This document shows, one piece after another, positions 40,066-49,264 of a stretch of 64,000 nucleotides of DNA. A program made the position numbers and the translations under genes. Source of the stretch: Spirochaetota bacterium (lineage in GTDB: Bacteria > Spirochaetota > UBA4802 > UBA5550); assembly GCA_040768125.1 (NCBI GenBank), contig JAXGNG010000001.1:1351318-1415317 (forward strand), given 5' to 3'. Below the pieces are notes generated by a model that ran no database searches, was not told the DNA's origin, and saw only the letters and a list, made by a program, of their open reading frames with translations. Numbering within the stretch: the stretch's first letter is position 1; each line of letters starts with the position of its first letter.

Positions 40066-40425
40066 ATGAGGGAACCCTTTCCCGGACCCGCCGGCAATGA
40101 CCTTGACGGGATGCTGGTCGATGTTGATACCGCCCTCTTCGGGCTCAGGATGAAACTCGCCGCCCTTGTCGCGACCCTCCTTGGCGACGTTCCCGGCCGC
40201 ACCCACGACGTTGACGCTGATTTCGCGCGCTGGAGCGATGATGGCTGCCGGCCCTGCCGGTGCCTGGGGATCGCCATCGATGAGGGCGGCGCCATCATGC
40301 TTTCAGTCGCCGGGGAGGAGGCCCCCCTTGACTGGGAGGATCTCGACGTCGCCGCCCAGTACCGGGTGGCACAGGGCCTTCACGCCCGTCGCTACGCAGG
40401 TGGCCTTTACCGCTCGCTCTCCTGA
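40066..40425 (+). CDS. Possible small hypothetical protein (about 119 aa); may be spurious
   Basis: ATG inside track ORF 39772..40425; converges on and overlaps the PFK 3' end by about 19 nt; weak. Confidence 0.25.
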   Translation: MREPFPGPAGNDLDGMLVDVDTALFGLRMKLAALVATLLGDVPGRTHDVDADFARWSDDGCRPCRCLGIAIDEGGAIMLSVAGEEAPLDWEDLDVAAQYRVAQGLHARRYAGGLYRSLS

Positions 40426-41741
40426 GGCGAAGGGTTCTTCAGCGAGACGGGCTGCCCCGTGGCGCCGGTCACCATGTGCCAGAAGCGCGATTTCGGGTCC
40501 ATGACCTTTCTCTTCGAAACGGCAAGCTCGATGGGCACGTGGGTGTACGCCCCGTTCCAATGGCCGATCACCATGTCGGTCTTGCCCGCCATGGCCGCGT
40601 GGACGGCATTCTGCCCGAGCTGGGCGCAGAAGATCGAGTCGTTGGGCACCGCCGGGGCGCTCCGTATGATGTAGCTCGGGTCGATATACTTCAGGCTGAT
40701 TTCGATTTCCTCTTCGCGGAAATACTCTTCTATTTCTTTCCTGAGAAACGTCCCGATGTCGCCTAGGACGACATTGCCCGAGGCGTCTTTTTTCCGGGAG
40801 GCCGCGTCCTTCTCCAGGAGGTCCTGTCCCGCTCCCTCGGCGACGCAGATGACCGCGTGGCTCCTGTTGATGATCCGTTCCTTCAGGTGGGGGAGAAGTC
40901 CGTTCTCTCCGCGGAGGTCGAAGGGGACCTCGGGGAGGAGGACGTAGTTCACGTCGCTCATGGCAAGGCAGGCGTGGGCGGCGATGAAGCCGGAATGCCG
41001 CCCCATGAGCTTCACCAGGCCGATGCAGTTCGGGGCGCCCTTCGATTCCACGTGGGCCGCGTAGATCGAATCAACGGCCTTGGAAAAGGCGGTTTCAAAG
41101 CCGAAGGAGCGGTCGATGAAGCTGATGTCGTTGTCGATCGTTTTCGGAACGCCCACCACGGCGAGCCTGATTCCCTTCCCGCGCGCCGTTTCGTCAATGG
41201 CGTGGGCGCCCTTCAGCGTGCCGTCCCCGCCGATGGTGTAGAGAATGTTCACCTTGAGGCGGGCGAGGGTGTCCACGAGGACCTCCATGTCCTCGGTACC
41301 TCCCCGCGAGGAACCCAGGATGGTGCCTCCCAGGAGGTGGATGTCGTCGACCGCACCGGGGTTCAGCTCGACGGGGGCGAAGCCGTTTTGGGGATCCAGC
41401 CCGCGATAGCCGTACCTGATGCCGATGATCGATCGCACGTCGTAGCGATGGTACGATTCCATCACGATGGAGCGGATCACGTTGTTGATGCCCGGGCAGA
41501 GGCCCCCGCACGTCACGATGGCCGCCCTGACATCACGGGACCTGAAGAAGACCTTCTCCCGGGGGCCCGCCTTCTCAAAACTCTGCGTGGGATCAACGGG
41601 GGAAGGGGGGTCTCCATGGACAACCGGATCGAGAATGATCCTCACGTCGTCGCTGATGAACGAGGTGTCCATGACCGAGTATTTTTCCAGCATCGGGGAG
41701 GCTATGGTGCAGGGGCCGAGGCTTTTTATGGTGAAATCCAT
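40407..41741 (-). CDS. 6-phosphofructokinase, long (about 444 aa) PPi/ATP-PFK type
   Basis: KAAIVTCGGLCPGINNVIRSIV, MGRHSGFIA, TIDNDI PFK-family motifs. Confidence 0.88.
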   Translation of the reverse strand: MDFTIKSLGPCTIASPMLEKYSVMDTSFISDDVRIILDPVVHGDPPSPVDPTQSFEKAGPREKVFFRSRDVRAAIVTCGGLCPGINNVIRSIVMESYHRYDVRSIIGIRYGYRGLDPQNGFAPVELNPGAVDDIHLLGGTILGSSRGGTEDMEVLVDTLARLKVNILYTIGGDGTLKGAHAIDETARGKGIRLAVVGVPKTIDNDISFIDRSFGFETAFSKAVDSIYAAHVESKGAPNCIGLVKLMGRHSGFIAAHACLAMSDVNYVLLPEVPFDLRGENGLLPHLKERIINRSHAVICVAEGAGQDLLEKDAASRKKDASGNVVLGDIGTFLRKEIEEYFREEEIEISLKYIDPSYIIRSAPAVPNDSIFCAQLGQNAVHAAMAGKTDMVIGHWNGAYTHVPIELAVSKRKVMDPKSRFWHMVTGATGQPVSLKNPSPQESER

Positions 41742-42050
41742 GTCGATCTCCGGAATGGTTTTTCAGGTGGCCGCTGGAAGACCGGCGGGGCCTCGCGGCA
41801 CCGGATGAACGCCGATTCAAACGGACTATTGATCGTAGCGGTGAAGGATAAATAATCAAGAAAAAAACATGGCGGGGAGTGCGCGGAAAATTGTGTGAAT
41901 ATGCTTGACAATCGCGATTTTCTGTTCGATGGTACACCCTGTTTTTCCCGGGAACCTTCCTCCCTGCCGTAATGTACAGTTCCGGGAAGAAGCCGGGATG
42001 GAGGTAAATGGTCGGGGCGTCCCGAACAACAAGGCGGGCATGGTGGGGCA

Positions 42051-43244
42051 ATGAAACCAAAATTCAACAGGGTGGGCGTGCTTTTTTCCGGGGGGCCGGC
42101 GCCCAGCGCGAATGCGGTGATATCCTCCGTGGCCCTTAATTTCCTCGATCATAATGTTCCGGTAATCGGCATCATGCGGGGCTACGAGTTCATCCAGGAC
42201 TTCAACAGGAACTACCCGAAGCTCCGCAAGGAAGTGCACTACGGAAACATCACCTATGAGATCACCAAGGCCCGAAACCGGAGCGGGATATTCCTCCGTA
42301 CCTCCAGGGCGAACCCGGGCAAGGACATCAAGACCATGGAGGACCTGAACAACCCGGAAAAGAACGCCCGGCTCAGGAACATCCTGGACGCCTTCGAGTA
42401 CCTCGAGATCGGCGCCCTTATCTCGATCGGGGGCGACGACACCCTGAAGACCGCCAACTACCTCTGGCTTATGGGTTTCCCGGTGATCCACATACCCAAG
42501 ACGATCGACAACGATTACTACGGCATCCCCTGGACCTTCGGCTACTGGACCGCCGTGGACGTGGCCCAGAAGATCATCCTCAACCTCAAGGCCGACGCCC
42601 AGGCAACGGACAGCTTTTTCGTCGTCGAGCTGATGGGAAGGAAATCGGGATGGATTACCTACGCTTCGGGTATCGCCGCCGAGGCGATCATCATGATTTC
42701 CGCCGAGGACATCCCGGGGGAAACCCTGAACCTCGACCAGATGGTCGAAGGCATCACCGATGTCATCATATCCCGGGAGAACGACAAGAAGCCCTACGGA
42801 GTGATTCTCATCTCCGAGGGTATCGTGGACAAGCTGCCTGACGAGCTGAAGCCGAAGGAGACCGACAAGCACGGCAATATCCGGCTCGGCGAGGCGAAGA
42901 TATCAAGCATCATCTCCGAGTCCGTCAAGCACCGTTATCGCGAAAAGACGGGCCTCGAGGTGAAAATCACCCCGAAGCAGGTGGGCTACGAGATACGCTC
43001 GGCGACCCCCACCGCCTTCGACGTGGTCATGGGGAGCATGCTCGGGTACGGCGCCGCGCGTTTCTACCTTGAAGGAACCTTCGGCGTCATGACTTCGGTG
43101 ACGGATAATTTTGACCTCAAGGCCGTGCCCTTTTCGGACCTCATCGACAGCGACACCCTCCTCACCAGGCTTCGCGACGTTCCGCGGGGCAGCGATTTCT
43201 ATAACCTGAAGAACCGGCTGCAGTATGCGAACATCTTCGAGTAG
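42051..43244 (+). CDS. Phosphofructokinase paralog (397 aa; diphosphate--fructose-6-phosphate 1-phosphotransferase-like)
   Basis: RVGVLFSGGPAPSANAVISSVA..., GGDDTLKTAN, IPKTIDNDY, MGRKSGWITY motifs. Confidence 0.85.
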   Translation: MKPKFNRVGVLFSGGPAPSANAVISSVALNFLDHNVPVIGIMRGYEFIQDFNRNYPKLRKEVHYGNITYEITKARNRSGIFLRTSRANPGKDIKTMEDLNNPEKNARLRNILDAFEYLEIGALISIGGDDTLKTANYLWLMGFPVIHIPKTIDNDYYGIPWTFGYWTAVDVAQKIILNLKADAQATDSFFVVELMGRKSGWITYASGIAAEAIIMISAEDIPGETLNLDQMVEGITDVIISRENDKKPYGVILISEGIVDKLPDELKPKETDKHGNIRLGEAKISSIISESVKHRYREKTGLEVKITPKQVGYEIRSATPTAFDVVMGSMLGYGAARFYLEGTFGVMTSVTDNFDLKAVPFSDLIDSDTLLTRLRDVPRGSDFYNLKNRLQYANIFE

Positions 43245-43710
43245 GTTCCGGCGCGGCGGCACCGCCATCCTCGCCGCGGCACTGGCCTTCGGGCTTTCCG
43301 CCTGTTCGGGGCGGGACGGCGCCGCGAGCTTCGACGGGGTGTTCGAAAAGCTGGCCAGGGCGCGCGATTTCAACGAGGCGAAGCGCTACTACACCGACGG
43401 AACCGTGAAGGCCCTGGAAGAGGCCGGGGGCGGGTCGGGGAAGGCGGCGCTGCGACTACTTCCCCTTTTCGACGAACGGACGAAGTGGGAGGAGGTGTCG
43501 AAGCGGGTCGAGGGCCCCCGGGGGGTCATCCGGATTCGTTATTCCGCCCATCCCGTTGAGAACATGGTGGGGTTCGAGATGGAGTTCCAGGTCAGGAAGA
43601 TCGGCGATTCATGGAAGATAGACCTTGAAAACGAGGTGCGCGGGGCGATCGAGGCGCGGGGGAAAGGAAGCGCCGCCGAGTACATTCGCGGCGTTACCAG
43701 GGGGTATTGA
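43225..43710 (+). CDS. Hypothetical lipoprotein (161 aa)
   Basis: Lipobox GLSAC after signal peptide; 20-nt overlap with the PFK paralog end. Confidence 0.5.
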   Translation: MRTSSSRFRRGGTAILAAALAFGLSACSGRDGAASFDGVFEKLARARDFNEAKRYYTDGTVKALEEAGGGSGKAALRLLPLFDERTKWEEVSKRVEGPRGVIRIRYSAHPVENMVGFEMEFQVRKIGDSWKIDLENEVRGAIEARGKGSAAEYIRGVTRGY

Positions 43711-43734
43711 ATAAATCGGCCCGGAGGCGTCACC

Positions 43735-44316
43735 TCAGTACATCGAGATGGCGAGGTTCAGGACGATCTCATTGAGAAGTTCCCGGGCTTCCTCGTCCTC
43801 GGGGAAGCGCGACAGGAAATTGACGCAGGAAATATACGCCATGTAGAGGGACCCCGTTTCGATATAGAGGTTGATGAGGTTGAAATGGATCTCCTCGATG
43901 TCGGGGTTGTTTTCCAGGGACCGGGTGTAGTGGTAGATGGCCTGGTCCGGGTATCCCATCTCCCAGCACACCCCGGCGAGATTGGCCAGGGTGACTGCGT
44001 CGTTGGGATTGAGCCGGATGGAGCGTTCCAGTATCCGCCTGGATCGCTCGTAGTCCCCCATCTCGCAGAGTGTGATCCCCAGGCCGTTCAGGATGTCGGG
44101 GTCCCCGTTGTCCATCGTCGCGGCGAAGGTGAAGAGCGCCAGGGCATGCTCGTAATCGCCCCTTTCGACATATTCATACCCGGTGTCGACCAGAAGCGTG
44201 GGATTGTCACGCAGCTCGCAGAGCTCTTCAAGGCCGATCTGCATCTCCTTCAGGACGAGGGAGGCGTTCTTCTTCGGTGAACGCTGGTTCGGTCTCTGCT
44301 TTTCCGTGATGCTCAC
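43735..44316 (-). CDS. Tetratricopeptide (TPR) repeat protein
   Basis: Repeated A/Y/L TPR helix pattern (ALALFTFAATMDNGDPDILNGLGITL..., AIYHYTRSLENNPD...). Confidence 0.7.
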   Translation of the reverse strand: MSITEKQRPNQRSPKKNASLVLKEMQIGLEELCELRDNPTLLVDTGYEYVERGDYEHALALFTFAATMDNGDPDILNGLGITLCEMGDYERSRRILERSIRLNPNDAVTLANLAGVCWEMGYPDQAIYHYTRSLENNPDIEEIHFNLINLYIETGSLYMAYISCVNFLSRFPEDEEARELLNEIVLNLAISMY

Positions 44317-44633
44317 GATACTATGTCACTTCCCCATTTTTTTTGACACTATTCCCGATGATGGTATATGTCAATAAAAATAATCGCCATGGCCCCCCGG
44401 GGTGCCGGCACCTACCGGATGCCGCTTCCGCCGAGGAACCGGAAAAAATCTACTTGACGGTTCATCATGTATAATTCTTATTGAAAAATTCCGGCAGGCC
44501 GGCGTGATTGTCGCGTGTCCAATTGACGCGCCGGGTTGATGCGCATCCCGGCCTCCCGGGGCGGACGCCCGCCCGCGAAAGCCTGCGGAAACAACGGCGA
44601 CCATACGGCCAGCTACTTTCAAGGAGTCATCTC

Positions 44634-44915
44634 ATGCCGAAAGAAAAAATATTCTGCGCGAACTGCCAGCACTGCATCGTCATCCGGCAGTATGAATCCG
44701 AACCCGACCGCTACGTGCTGCGCGTCAAGTGCCTCAAGAAAAAATGGGTAAAGCGCTCCGGGGAGGAAAAACTCTACAAGTTCTTCACCGTGGCGCGACG
44801 CATCATGGATGACTGTGAATACTACACCGAATCGGGCGACCTGTTCCCCTATATCAAGAACCTCCGCAAGGAGCTGCCGATCAAGGACGAGATATATTCC
44901 ACCAGGGACGTCTAG
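44634..44915 (+). CDS. Small cysteine-containing protein (93 aa) immediately upstream of rnfC
   Basis: AAGGAG RBS 8 nt upstream; FCANCQHCIVIRQ ... DDCEYY; stop 2 nt before rnfC start. Confidence 0.45.
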   Translation: MPKEKIFCANCQHCIVIRQYESEPDRYVLRVKCLKKKWVKRSGEEKLYKFFTVARRIMDDCEYYTESGDLFPYIKNLRKELPIKDEIYSTRDV

Positions 44916-44917
44916 GA

Positions 44918-46234
44918 ATGGGTTCGAGTTTTCCCGGGGGGATTCATCCGCCTGAGCACAAGGGCGCGACGAGGGACCTGGAATTCATCAATCTCCCCGT
45001 GCCCCATACCTGTTATATCCCGCTCCAGCAGCACATCGGTGCGCCCGCGAAACCCGTTGTCCAGCCGGGCGACGGGGTATCCGAGGGGCAACTCATCGGC
45101 GCCGCGGACGGCTTTATCAGCGCCAACGTCCACTCCTCCATCCCCGGGAAGGTACTCGACATAGCGCCGATGCCGACGGCGGGGGGCATGCAGCCCACGG
45201 TCATCATCGAGGCCGAGGGGTCCTTCGCGGCCTCCGCGGGCGGGCAGGAGCCCGCCGACTGGAGGGTCATCGACGCCGGAGCGATTCTGAACGCGATCAG
45301 GGAGGCGGGCATCGTGGGCCTCGGGGGCGCCGCCTTCCCCACGTCAGTGAAGCTTTCCCCCCCGCCCGCGAAACCAATCGACACCCTGGTCATCAACGGC
45401 GCCGAGTGCGAACCCTATCTCACCGTTGACGACATGCTCATGAAGACCTTTCCCGCGGCCATAATCGAAGGCACGCTGATCACCATGAAGGCCCTGGGCA
45501 TCGAAAAGGCGGTCATTGGCCTCGAGGACAACAAGAAGGGCGCCTACAGGGCCCTCTGCGAAGCACGCCCCGCCTCGGACCCGGAGGGGCGCATCAGGGT
45601 GAGGAAACTCAGGACCAAGTATCCCCAGGGAGCGGAAAAGCAGATGATCCGGGCCCTCCTGCGGCGCGTTGTTCCCTCGGGGGGATTGCCCATGGACGTG
45701 GGAGTTGTTGTGCAGAACGTGGGTACGGTGTTCGCGATACGGGAGGCGATCCTTTACGGGAGGCCCCTCTTCGCGCGCTACCTGACCGTGGGCGGCGGCG
45801 CCATCGGGCGGCCGGGAAACTACAAGGTGCGGATCGGCACGAGGATCGCGGACATCGTTGAGGAATGCGGCGGCCTGACGGAGCGACCCGCGCGGATCGT
45901 CATCGGGGGGCCGATGTGCGGCGTGAGCGTCCCCGCCATGGACATCCCCGTGGTGAAGGGCACCTCGGGAATCCTGTTCCTCACGGAGAAGGAGGTCTCC
46001 CTGGCCGACTACGGGCCCTGCATCAGGTGCGCGAAGTGCGTCCTGGCCTGCCCCGTGGGCCTTCTCCCATGCGATCTCGGTTCGGCCGTGGAGAAGGGAA
46101 GGCTCGATCTCGTCGAGAAACTGAACCCCTTCGACTGCATCATGTGCGGCTCCTGCTCCTACGTCTGCCCGGCCCGCCGGCCCCTGAGTCATTTCATCAA
46201 GCTGGGCCAGCAGAGGCTCAGGGCCAAGAAATAA
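44918..46234 (+). CDS. rnfC: Rnf electron transport complex subunit C
   Basis: GGIHPPEHK...PLQQHIGAP N-terminus; two 4Fe-4S motifs CIRCAKCVLACP and CIMCGSCSYVCP (distinguishes RnfC from NqrA). Confidence 0.9.
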   Translation: MGSSFPGGIHPPEHKGATRDLEFINLPVPHTCYIPLQQHIGAPAKPVVQPGDGVSEGQLIGAADGFISANVHSSIPGKVLDIAPMPTAGGMQPTVIIEAEGSFAASAGGQEPADWRVIDAGAILNAIREAGIVGLGGAAFPTSVKLSPPPAKPIDTLVINGAECEPYLTVDDMLMKTFPAAIIEGTLITMKALGIEKAVIGLEDNKKGAYRALCEARPASDPEGRIRVRKLRTKYPQGAEKQMIRALLRRVVPSGGLPMDVGVVVQNVGTVFAIREAILYGRPLFARYLTVGGGAIGRPGNYKVRIGTRIADIVEECGGLTERPARIVIGGPMCGVSVPAMDIPVVKGTSGILFLTEKEVSLADYGPCIRCAKCVLACPVGLLPCDLGSAVEKGRLDLVEKLNPFDCIMCGSCSYVCPARRPLSHFIKLGQQRLRAKK

Positions 46235-46247
46235 GCGTGGTGGTGCC

Positions 46248-47345
46248 ATGGCAGAGAAAGAACGGAAACAAGAGCTGCTGCAGATAACGAACCCCCCCCA
46301 TATCCGTTCCGGGGAATCGGTGCCGAAGGTCATGTGGACCGTTGTCGCGGCCCTGGTTCCCGCCACCGCGTTTTCCTTCTACCTCTATGGCCTGAACGCC
46401 CTCATTCTCGTCGGGGTGGGCATCGCGGCGGCGGTCGTCGGCGAGGCGGCGATCCAGCTTTTTCTCAGGCGCCCCGTCGCGATATCCGACGGCTCCGCCG
46501 TCATCACGGGCCTCCTCCTGGCGATGAACGTGCCCCCCATGGCGCCATGGTGGACCGTGGCGATAGGATCGCTCTTTTCTGTTATTATCGTGAAACAGCT
46601 ATTCGGAGGACTGGGATTCAACATCTTTAACCCGGCACTGGCGGGGCGGGCCTTCCTCATGGCCTCCTGGCCCATCCATATGACTACGGCGTGGTACCGC
46701 TTTTCCGGGGGGAACGTCCTCTCCCCGTCGATACGGAACGTCGGGGGCCTGCCCGACGCGCTCTTCGACACCATGACGGGGGCAACCCCCATGGGCCTTC
46801 TGAAAGAGGGGCCCAGGATGGCGGCGGAGAGCGGTGTGGACCCCTCCCGGATCTACGACGTGATCCTGTCCCCCGGTTTCCTGAAGTCCCTCTCCATCGG
46901 CACCGTGGGAGGCTGCATCGGCGAAACCTCGGCGATCTTTCTCCTCGCCGGGGCGCTCTTCCTCCTCGCCCGGAGGATCATTACCTGGCATATTCCCGTT
47001 TCCTACATCGGCACCGTGGCGCTTCTCGCCGCGGCCTACTATTACGCGACGGGGTTCCCGGCGCCCCACTATTTTGTCCTCTTTCATATTCTTTCCGGGG
47101 GCCTTATCCTGGGGGCCTTTTTCATGGCCACCGACATGGTCACCTCCCCGGTGTCGCCAAGGGGGATGATCATCTTCGGCGCCGGGTGCGGAATACTCGC
47201 CTTCGTGATCAGGATCTGGGGCGGGTACCCCGAGGGGGTGTCCTATTCGATCCTGATCATGAACGCCTTCGTTCCCCTCATCGACCGCTACACCAGGCCC
47301 GGGGTGTTCGGCGCCGCGAAGCGGAAAGGCGGGGGGTCGAAATGA
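46248..47345 (+). CDS. rnfD: Rnf complex subunit D (NqrB/RnfD family)
   Basis: Polytopic membrane protein; GFNIFNPALAGRAFL and SGGLILGAFFMATDMVTSP conserved motifs. Confidence 0.9.
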   Translation: MAEKERKQELLQITNPPHIRSGESVPKVMWTVVAALVPATAFSFYLYGLNALILVGVGIAAAVVGEAAIQLFLRRPVAISDGSAVITGLLLAMNVPPMAPWWTVAIGSLFSVIIVKQLFGGLGFNIFNPALAGRAFLMASWPIHMTTAWYRFSGGNVLSPSIRNVGGLPDALFDTMTGATPMGLLKEGPRMAAESGVDPSRIYDVILSPGFLKSLSIGTVGGCIGETSAIFLLAGALFLLARRIITWHIPVSYIGTVALLAAAYYYATGFPAPHYFVLFHILSGGLILGAFFMATDMVTSPVSPRGMIIFGAGCGILAFVIRIWGGYPEGVSYSILIMNAFVPLIDRYTRPGVFGAAKRKGGGSK

Positions 47346-48046
47346 TATTCAGGAATATTATCAGGCCGATACTCGTCATGGTGGCGATCGCCTTCGCCTG
47401 CACCTACGCCCTGACCCATATCAACAGGCTCACTGAGCCACGCATCAAGGAGCAGGCGCGCCAGAAGCGGATGCGGGCCCTGGCCCTCGTGCTTCCCGGC
47501 TACACAGTGGGAGAGGAGATCAGGGAGACCATCGAGGGGCGGGAGTTCGGCTACTGGGAAGGCGTCAGGGAGCTCGAAGAGAACGGGGTGAAGCGGAACG
47601 CCCGGGGTTTCGCCTTCATCGCCACGGCACCGGGCTACGCGGAACGGATCGACACCATGGTGGGGGTCGACGAGGCCGGAGTGATACTGGGCATATCGAT
47701 TATAGGGCAGTCGGAAACGCCGGGCCTCGGCGCCCGCTGCGTCGAGGTGGCCGCGACCGAGACTCTCTGGGATGTTCTCAGCGGCGTCCCGGAGAAGGGC
47801 GGGGAGGTCACCCCCTGGTTCCAGGAGCAGTTCCGCGGTTTGAGTGCCGTTTCGAGAATTTCCATACTCAAGATGGGGGACTGGGGCCCCGCCATTGCCG
47901 GAGAACTCAGGGAGAAGAACGCCATCACGGCCCTGACGGGGGCGACCATCACCTCCGAGGCCGTGGTGAAAAGCATACGGGGCGGCATCGACCTGCTGGT
48001 AACGGCGGGGAAGATCGCCCCCCCGGATGAGGAGGCCGCGCGATGA
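47342..48046 (+). CDS. rnfG: Rnf complex subunit G (FMN-binding)
   Basis: ATGA overlap with rnfD; LTGATITSEAVVKSI FMN-attachment motif; track ORF 46691..48046 is an over-extension in the same frame. Confidence 0.85.
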   Translation: MIFRNIIRPILVMVAIAFACTYALTHINRLTEPRIKEQARQKRMRALALVLPGYTVGEEIRETIEGREFGYWEGVRELEENGVKRNARGFAFIATAPGYAERIDTMVGVDEAGVILGISIIGQSETPGLGARCVEVAATETLWDVLSGVPEKGGEVTPWFQEQFRGLSAVSRISILKMGDWGPAIAGELREKNAITALTGATITSEAVVKSIRGGIDLLVTAGKIAPPDEEAAR

Positions 48047-48639
48047 GTAACTGGAAAACCTTCGCGAAGGGAATATGGGAGAAAAATCCGCCCCTTATCC
48101 TGGGGCTCGGGTTCTGTCCCCTCCTGGCGGTCTCCACCTCGGTTTCAAACGCCCTCTGGATGACTATGGCGGCCACCTTCGTCCTGGTCTGCTCGAACCT
48201 CCTGGTGTCGAGCATCCGTAAAATCGTGCCGCCGCATCTCCGGATCCCGATCTTCATCACCATCATCGCCACCTTCGTCATCGTGGTGGACCTTTTACTC
48301 AACGCCTTCCAGCCCGAGGTCTACAGGTCCCTGGGCATCTTCATTCCCCTCATCGTGGTGAACTGCATCATCCTCGGCCGCGCCGAGGAGTTCGCCCAGA
48401 AGAACGGCCTCTTCGCCTCGCTGCTGGACGCCCTGGGCATGGGCGCCGGTTTCGGCCTGGCCATCGTGGTCCTGGCGTCGGTGAGGGAGGCCCTGGGGGC
48501 GAACAAGCTGTTCGGCTACACCCTGGTGCCCGGCATGGAGCCGGCCACGGTGATGGCCCTTGCCCCGGGCGCCTTTTTCACCCTGGCGTTCATGCTCTGG
48601 GGGATGAACGCGATCAATTCAAGGAAAAAGGGGAAATAA
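48043..48639 (+). CDS. rnfE: Rnf complex subunit E
   Basis: NqrD/RnfE family; NPPLILGLGFCPLLAVSTS...GIFIPLIVVNCIILGRAE. Confidence 0.9.
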   Translation: MSNWKTFAKGIWEKNPPLILGLGFCPLLAVSTSVSNALWMTMAATFVLVCSNLLVSSIRKIVPPHLRIPIFITIIATFVIVVDLLLNAFQPEVYRSLGIFIPLIVVNCIILGRAEEFAQKNGLFASLLDALGMGAGFGLAIVVLASVREALGANKLFGYTLVPGMEPATVMALAPGAFFTLAFMLWGMNAINSRKKGK

Positions 48640-48642
48640 ACG

Positions 48643-49248
48643 ATGGAAATCAAGGTCTTCGTCGCCATCCTCCTCAGCACGATCCTCATCAACAACTACG
48701 TGCTGTCGAGGATCCTGGGCATCTGCCCCTTCCTGGGGGTCTCGAAGAAGCTCGATTCCGCCGTCGGCATGGGCCTGGCGGTCATCTTCGTCATGACCAT
48801 GACCTCCTTTATCACCTACCCGGTGTATAAATACATACTGGTCCCCTTCAAGATACAGTTCCTCCAGACCATCGTATTCATTCTTGTCATCGCCTCACTG
48901 GTCCAGCTGGTCGAGATGGTCATCGAAAAGCTCTCGCCCTCGCTCTACCAGTCCCTGGGCATCTTCCTTCCCCTCATCACGACCAACTGCGCCGTTTTGG
49001 GCGTGGCGGTGCTGAACATCACCGCGGGTTTCGCGGGACCCGGCGAGAGCATGGGCCTCCTGAAAAGCGTGGTCCAGGGCGTCGGGGCCGGCGTCGGCTT
49101 CACCCTGGCCCTGGTGATCATGTCGGGCATACGGGAGCGCCTGGAACTGGCCGACGTTCCGGAGAACCTGAAGGGCGTGCCGATCACCTTCATCACCGCG
49201 GGGCTCCTCGCCATCGCCTTCTACGGATTCTCGGGGATGAAGATATAG
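48643..49248 (+). CDS. rnfA: Rnf complex subunit A
   Basis: NqrE/RnfA family; NNYVLSRILGICPFLGVS...GIFLPLITTNCAVLG. Confidence 0.9.
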   Translation: MEIKVFVAILLSTILINNYVLSRILGICPFLGVSKKLDSAVGMGLAVIFVMTMTSFITYPVYKYILVPFKIQFLQTIVFILVIASLVQLVEMVIEKLSPSLYQSLGIFLPLITTNCAVLGVAVLNITAGFAGPGESMGLLKSVVQGVGAGVGFTLALVIMSGIRERLELADVPENLKGVPITFITAGLLAIAFYGFSGMKI

Positions 49249-49264
49249 GGACGGACCCGATCGC

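Noticed and set aside
39772-40425. 217-aa ORF overlapping both small hypothetical genes
   Set aside because: It overlaps the better-supported 39601..40046 ORF in another frame. Only its distal part (from ATG 40066) is kept, as a low-confidence feature.
44634-44915. Small Cys-containing ORF as a candidate RnfB
   Set aside because: Too short (93 aa). It lacks the two CxxCxxCxxxCP ferredoxin motifs and the N-terminal membrane anchor of RnfB.
46691-48046. 451-aa ORF spanning rnfD and rnfG
   Set aside because: Only the last about 234 aa (from ATG 47342) match RnfG. The upstream part is an out-of-frame read-through of rnfD with R/P/G-rich junk.
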